Origin: a candidate division WOR-3 bacterium
GTDB lineage: Bacteria; Hydrothermota; Tepidihabitantia; SM23-42; CAYGYG01
Length of the DNA stretch: 64,000 nucleotides
NCBI GenBank assembly: GCA_965648915.1
Contig: CBFGIV010000001.1
Span: forward strand, 32,001-96,000
Direction of reading: 5' to 3'
Both the position numbers and the translations under genes were made by a program. The notes beneath the pieces were generated by a model. That model made no database searches and was not told the origin of the DNA. It saw only the letters and a program-made list of their open reading frames with translations. Below are positions 60,254-64,000 of this stretch, one piece after another (position 1 is the stretch's first letter; every line of letters begins with the position of its first letter).

Positions 60254-62215
60254 TTAAAAATCGATTCCAATCCCCTTTTCCATTTCTAAATGGCGCGTCG
60301 TATCGGGTCCGGGTTGAATCCAGAATTTTTTATTTTTAGCAATTTTTCTTGAGTATTTATCTTTACCCCCGCCATCAATAAAGACTCCGAGGCAGAGCAT
60401 ATAATCGCGTAATCCACCGGTTGGGGCAATATTGGACTGACCGAGGGTGAGCAGTTCATTGGTTATTTCGTAGATATCATCTCCGTTCCAATCCCAGAAG
60501 ATTCCTATGCCATTAGCATTACCACCGCCGAGGCTGAGGCTGGCGGCGGTGTAGTGGTCGTTGCCCGATTCATCGATTAAAAATCCCACTGTAAAATCGT
60601 GTCCTGAACCCTGAGACATATTCATTGTCGAGATATAACGGTCGTTACCATTGCCATCACGCAAAATACCTATTGCAAAATGGGCACCAGAACCCTGAAC
60701 ATACCAGGGGGCATAATAGAAATCATTTCCCGACTCATCATCGAGAATACCGATGCCATACCAGTAGCCACAGCCCTGACCAAAGAGGCCACATTTATAG
60801 ATATCATTACCTGAACCATCGATAAGAAATCCAACACCGCCCGCCAGGGAATGGCCATCGATAAAATCAGCCCGTTTACCAAAACCAACGCCCTGCGCCA
60901 GTGACGAGTTATGCTCTTTAGTCTGAGAAGCAGGGAAGACTATATCCGAATCATTAGCAATATATGTATCATTTCCGAGATCATCGAGTAATAGTCCGCA
61001 GCCTTTAACATAACCAAAGCCCTGTGCCTGCTGATAACAGTAGTAATAGTCTGTACCGCCAAGATTGACCAGAAGGCCGAGCCCAAAGAGGCCGGCACCC
61101 TGGGAGGCGGTGAAGGAAAAGAGACTATCGTTGCCACCACCATCGTAAAGGAGCCCGAGTCCAAAAACCCCGGCGCCCTGAGTGATATTTTTACAACGAT
61201 AGATATCATCGCCATCCAGGTCTAAAACAAAACTGTAACCGAGTATGGCACCACCGAATGATGGTTGGTGATTATCATCATTGATGTACTGGTCATTGCC
61301 CGAGAGGTCGATAAGGATTGATACCGCTCTTCTGGAGTCAAGATTGGCTCCTCCGGTAAAATAGCAATCATTGCCACCGAGATCGATAATTAAATAGGGG
61401 TGCAGGCTTTTGGAATAGATATTATCTTCGCGGCCGTTGATGATAATTTCACCCAGCGGTGTGGGGATAATTATATTTTTAATTTTGATATTTTCGATTT
61501 GTTTCAGTCTTACCTTGATTGAATCGAGGATCAGGGCAAGATCGGTTGCACCGGTATAGAGATATTCGTAATCGACACTCTCGACAAATTTTTCTACTAC
61601 CCTGGCCCCTGGTGTCTCAAAAGAGCTTGTATCCATAATAGTTATATAATTTATAACTTCTCGATAGACTTGATTCAGTTTGCTCTCACTGATATTGGGG
61701 AATGCAAGTTGACGCCACTTTAGGCTATTGATTGTAGTTAAAATAATCAGGGCGATCTCCTTACCGAGGACAGCGGGAACGAGATCGGCCTTTGTTCTTA
61801 GAAGGATCGTATCAGATTTATCACCGAAAAATTTATAGAGCTCGATAAGGGCAATATATAATTGATCGGTCTCGGATAACATATTTTCATACTCGGTAAC
61901 CTGATTTTTAATGAGATTTCTCCGAACCGCAGATTTTACCAGAGCGGAGGCAAAGATTGTCAGATTGCCAACTTTGTCTTTATTCTCAAGTGCATTCTTA
62001 GACAAAGTCTTTGTATAAGCAGGTATTTTGTAGGGATCATCCATAAATACATCGAAAAGATGAAGGCGGTATTTATCCCCGCCAAAAAAATTCATATCAT
62101 CGATGTCGATGCGGGCGGTTGCCCGGGTTAGACCGATCTTGGATAGAGCGATATCAATCTGGTAGATATTGGGGATTAAGATGAATATATTAATGATTAG
62201 ATAGGGCACCTTCAT
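60254..62215 (-). CDS. Hypothetical secreted protein with about 12 D-x-x-G-[ND]-D-x-Y repeats
   Basis: IDLGGNDCY, IDLSGNDQY, DLDGDDIY, IDGSGNDIY and others, separated by QGxG segments. Confidence 0.8.
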   Translation of the reverse strand: MKVPYLIINIFILIPNIYQIDIALSKIGLTRATARIDIDDMNFFGGDKYRLHLFDVFMDDPYKIPAYTKTLSKNALENKDKVGNLTIFASALVKSAVRRNLIKNQVTEYENMLSETDQLYIALIELYKFFGDKSDTILLRTKADLVPAVLGKEIALIILTTINSLKWRQLAFPNISESKLNQVYREVINYITIMDTSSFETPGARVVEKFVESVDYEYLYTGATDLALILDSIKVRLKQIENIKIKNIIIPTPLGEIIINGREDNIYSKSLHPYLIIDLGGNDCYFTGGANLDSRRAVSILIDLSGNDQYINDDNHQPSFGGAILGYSFVLDLDGDDIYRCKNITQGAGVFGLGLLYDGGGNDSLFSFTASQGAGLFGLGLLVNLGGTDYYYCYQQAQGFGYVKGCGLLLDDLGNDTYIANDSDIVFPASQTKEHNSSLAQGVGFGKRADFIDGHSLAGGVGFLIDGSGNDIYKCGLFGQGCGYWYGIGILDDESGNDFYYAPWYVQGSGAHFAIGILRDGNGNDRYISTMNMSQGSGHDFTVGFLIDESGNDHYTAASLSLGGGNANGIGIFWDWNGDDIYEITNELLTLGQSNIAPTGGLRDYMLCLGVFIDGGGKDKYSRKIAKNKKFWIQPGPDTTRHLEMEKGIGIDF

Positions 62216-62220
62216 AACTA

Positions 62221-62248
62221 ATTATATTTGATCCGTAAGTGATGTCAA
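62221..62248 (-). promoter_or_regulatory. sigma70-type promoter, probably leaderless
   Basis: Exact TTGACA-16 bp-TATAAT, 5 nt before ATG 62215. Confidence 0.75.
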
Positions 62249-62273
62249 GAGCCAGAGACTTATCGAAGCCTTT

Positions 62274-63809
62274 TTAAAATTTTACTACCTTTCGATAATA
62301 AGAATTTGCGCCAATTTGTGCGAAAATTAAATATGTACCACCTGGTAACGCCTGATTCTGGTGATCGGTGAAATCCCAGAAGATTTTTGTCCCGGTCGCG
62401 ACATTATTTTGAGTAAATAAGATTTTAACTCTACGCCCCAAACAGTCGTAGGCGGAAATACTTACATCACTTGGCTTATCGACATTGAATTGAATCAGGA
62501 CCTTTTTATGCGTAATACCGCCCCGAATATTGAATGATTCTTTTGAAGCCTGATGCTCGGTCTTTTCGGCGATCGAGACAATATGCCCGGTCGGTTTTAA
62601 GAACGGATCGGCCAGGAGCGTCATTCCGTAATGCCAGCACAATTCCATAAAATCGACACCATCACAGGTTATGTGGTAAAACCACTCCTTAAATGCCTGT
62701 CCCAAGTTTTTTTTCTGGGCTAACGGTTCATAAAAATAGGTAAACTCAAGCATACTGCCAGTCTTTGTTGATCCGATTGCCCCGAGGCCGTAACTCTGGT
62801 TGAAGATCGCCCGTCCCCCACCATAGCCATTTGTTGTATAACGGGCAAAAGAACAGGCGAAGTGATTATAGAAATTGGCGGGTGGATTTTGACTGGTATA
62901 TTCAGTTGAGTAATACCAGTCATAGGTTGAATGATTGTTATAATAAAATGCATGGCCACTGGGCGATGAATGGGCAAAGACTGCAACCCAAGCGCGGGGT
63001 GTATTGAGTTTTACCCGGTAGACCGAGGCCCGGGTTGTCTCGGCATGCCAGTAATTGGCGGTGTCGGGGTAGAGGAGTGAGACATCATACGCCCACTGTG
63101 GAGCCCAGGGGATCCAGTCATCGTCGAGAAAGATCAAGGCTCGGTGCTGAAGTTCAAGGGTATCAAAGCGGTAGGCATTATCCTTACGAAAGTAGTTCTG
63201 GAGCAACAGGGTGTCATCGCCGATGCCCGTTGGTGTGAGACGGCCAATATAAATTTCGGGATTGATTTCACCCTGGTGGCCGTCATACTTTCCGTTACCG
63301 GTGTTCATCGTATCAATCCAGCTGCCGTCCAGATCCATATAAAAAAGGTCACAGGGGAACTGGACATACCCATACTCATTAAAATCGTTGGCAATTTCAA
63401 ACCAGCAGACAGGCAGATAACCGATGAAGAAAGCCCCTTCAATATGATTATTTTCGTATAAATTTTTAAGGAAGGCTCTTAATGTCTCAGGTGTTCCGCC
63501 CGAGACTTGATAACTCAAGACTGTATAACCCTCGAGGTTCAGGTTTTTTATGAGTTGATTAAGTTGACGGACTAATGGTTGGGCAAGGGTTTGCTGAGTA
63601 AGGATGGCGACGGTGCCTGCCCGGTTGTCACCGTATGCAATTTTATCAAGTTTGTAGTTAAATTTTGTAAAAGGATGCTGTTTAATCCATTCTTCATATC
63701 TATCCGGGGTTAATCCATTGGGATCGATCCATTTAAGAAGAGTAATTCCAGCCGGTTCTCGAGCCGAAAGAACGGTTAACAGAATAATTGAGATCAAAAT
63801 TTTTTTCAT
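62274..63809 (-). CDS. Secreted peptidase C25 (gingipain)-like protein with C-terminal FlgD/T9SS-CTD-like Ig domain
   Basis: Signal peptide; CDLFYMDLDG, PEIYIGRL, AHSS and FACS (possible His/Cys dyad), LLADP; C-terminus YDCLGRRV...GTYLI...KVVK. Confidence 0.7.
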   Translation of the reverse strand: MKKILISIILLTVLSAREPAGITLLKWIDPNGLTPDRYEEWIKQHPFTKFNYKLDKIAYGDNRAGTVAILTQQTLAQPLVRQLNQLIKNLNLEGYTVLSYQVSGGTPETLRAFLKNLYENNHIEGAFFIGYLPVCWFEIANDFNEYGYVQFPCDLFYMDLDGSWIDTMNTGNGKYDGHQGEINPEIYIGRLTPTGIGDDTLLLQNYFRKDNAYRFDTLELQHRALIFLDDDWIPWAPQWAYDVSLLYPDTANYWHAETTRASVYRVKLNTPRAWVAVFAHSSPSGHAFYYNNHSTYDWYYSTEYTSQNPPANFYNHFACSFARYTTNGYGGGRAIFNQSYGLGAIGSTKTGSMLEFTYFYEPLAQKKNLGQAFKEWFYHITCDGVDFMELCWHYGMTLLADPFLKPTGHIVSIAEKTEHQASKESFNIRGGITHKKVLIQFNVDKPSDVSISAYDCLGRRVKILFTQNNVATGTKIFWDFTDHQNQALPGGTYLIFAQIGANSYYRKVVKF

Positions 63810-64000
63810 AAGACCTCCTGTAATATTTGGTGAGGTCGAATCCTAATCCGACAAGCAATGTTACTCAGAATGGGAAATAGGTCAAGGATAAAAATAAGAT
63901 TTGGTGACTGAAGATCTTGACAGAATCATTTTCTTATCTATTATTATGTTGATGGAGAGAATTGTAAGTTTTCTAATCAGGAGGACAGATGAATAAATGG

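Noticed and set aside
63989..64000. Probable gene start (AGGAGG then ATG AAT AAA TGG) at the window edge
   Set aside because: Only four codons are visible, so it cannot be annotated.

Overview
64 kb of chromosome from an anaerobic, probably Gram-negative bacterium. PorV-like and C25/CTD-like genes suggest an FCB-related lineage such as WOR-3 (inference only). Housekeeping genes: hppA, prfB with a +1 programmed frameshift, rpmE, rho, cobO, birA, rpsU-mutS2-dnaG-rpoD, speB, ilvE, rpiB, rtcA, argF and tRNA-Glu(CTC). The window opens inside a candidate undescribed protein-modification system. A 5'-truncated membrane protein ending in a 10-Cys (ACHS)n tail is translationally coupled to an RRE-like/radical SAM/SPASM enzyme, followed by a membrane protein. 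Other accessory content: a class III cyclase-STAND-TPR gene carrying several in-frame repeat insertions, and a degenerate IS481-like element. A ~22 kb sigma54/two-component-regulated redox island holds hdrCB, an HdrA split by a NuoE/NuoF-GltD/NuoG-N module, mvhD, a HydCB plus degenerate NuoG/FdhA-like module, and nfnAB. Non-coding signals: a DnaA-box cluster, a structured ncRNA candidate at ~53.7 kb, an 18-bp palindrome pair, and sigma70-type promoters that nearly all show a 16-bp spacer, several apparently leaderless. No CRISPR array or rRNA was seen.
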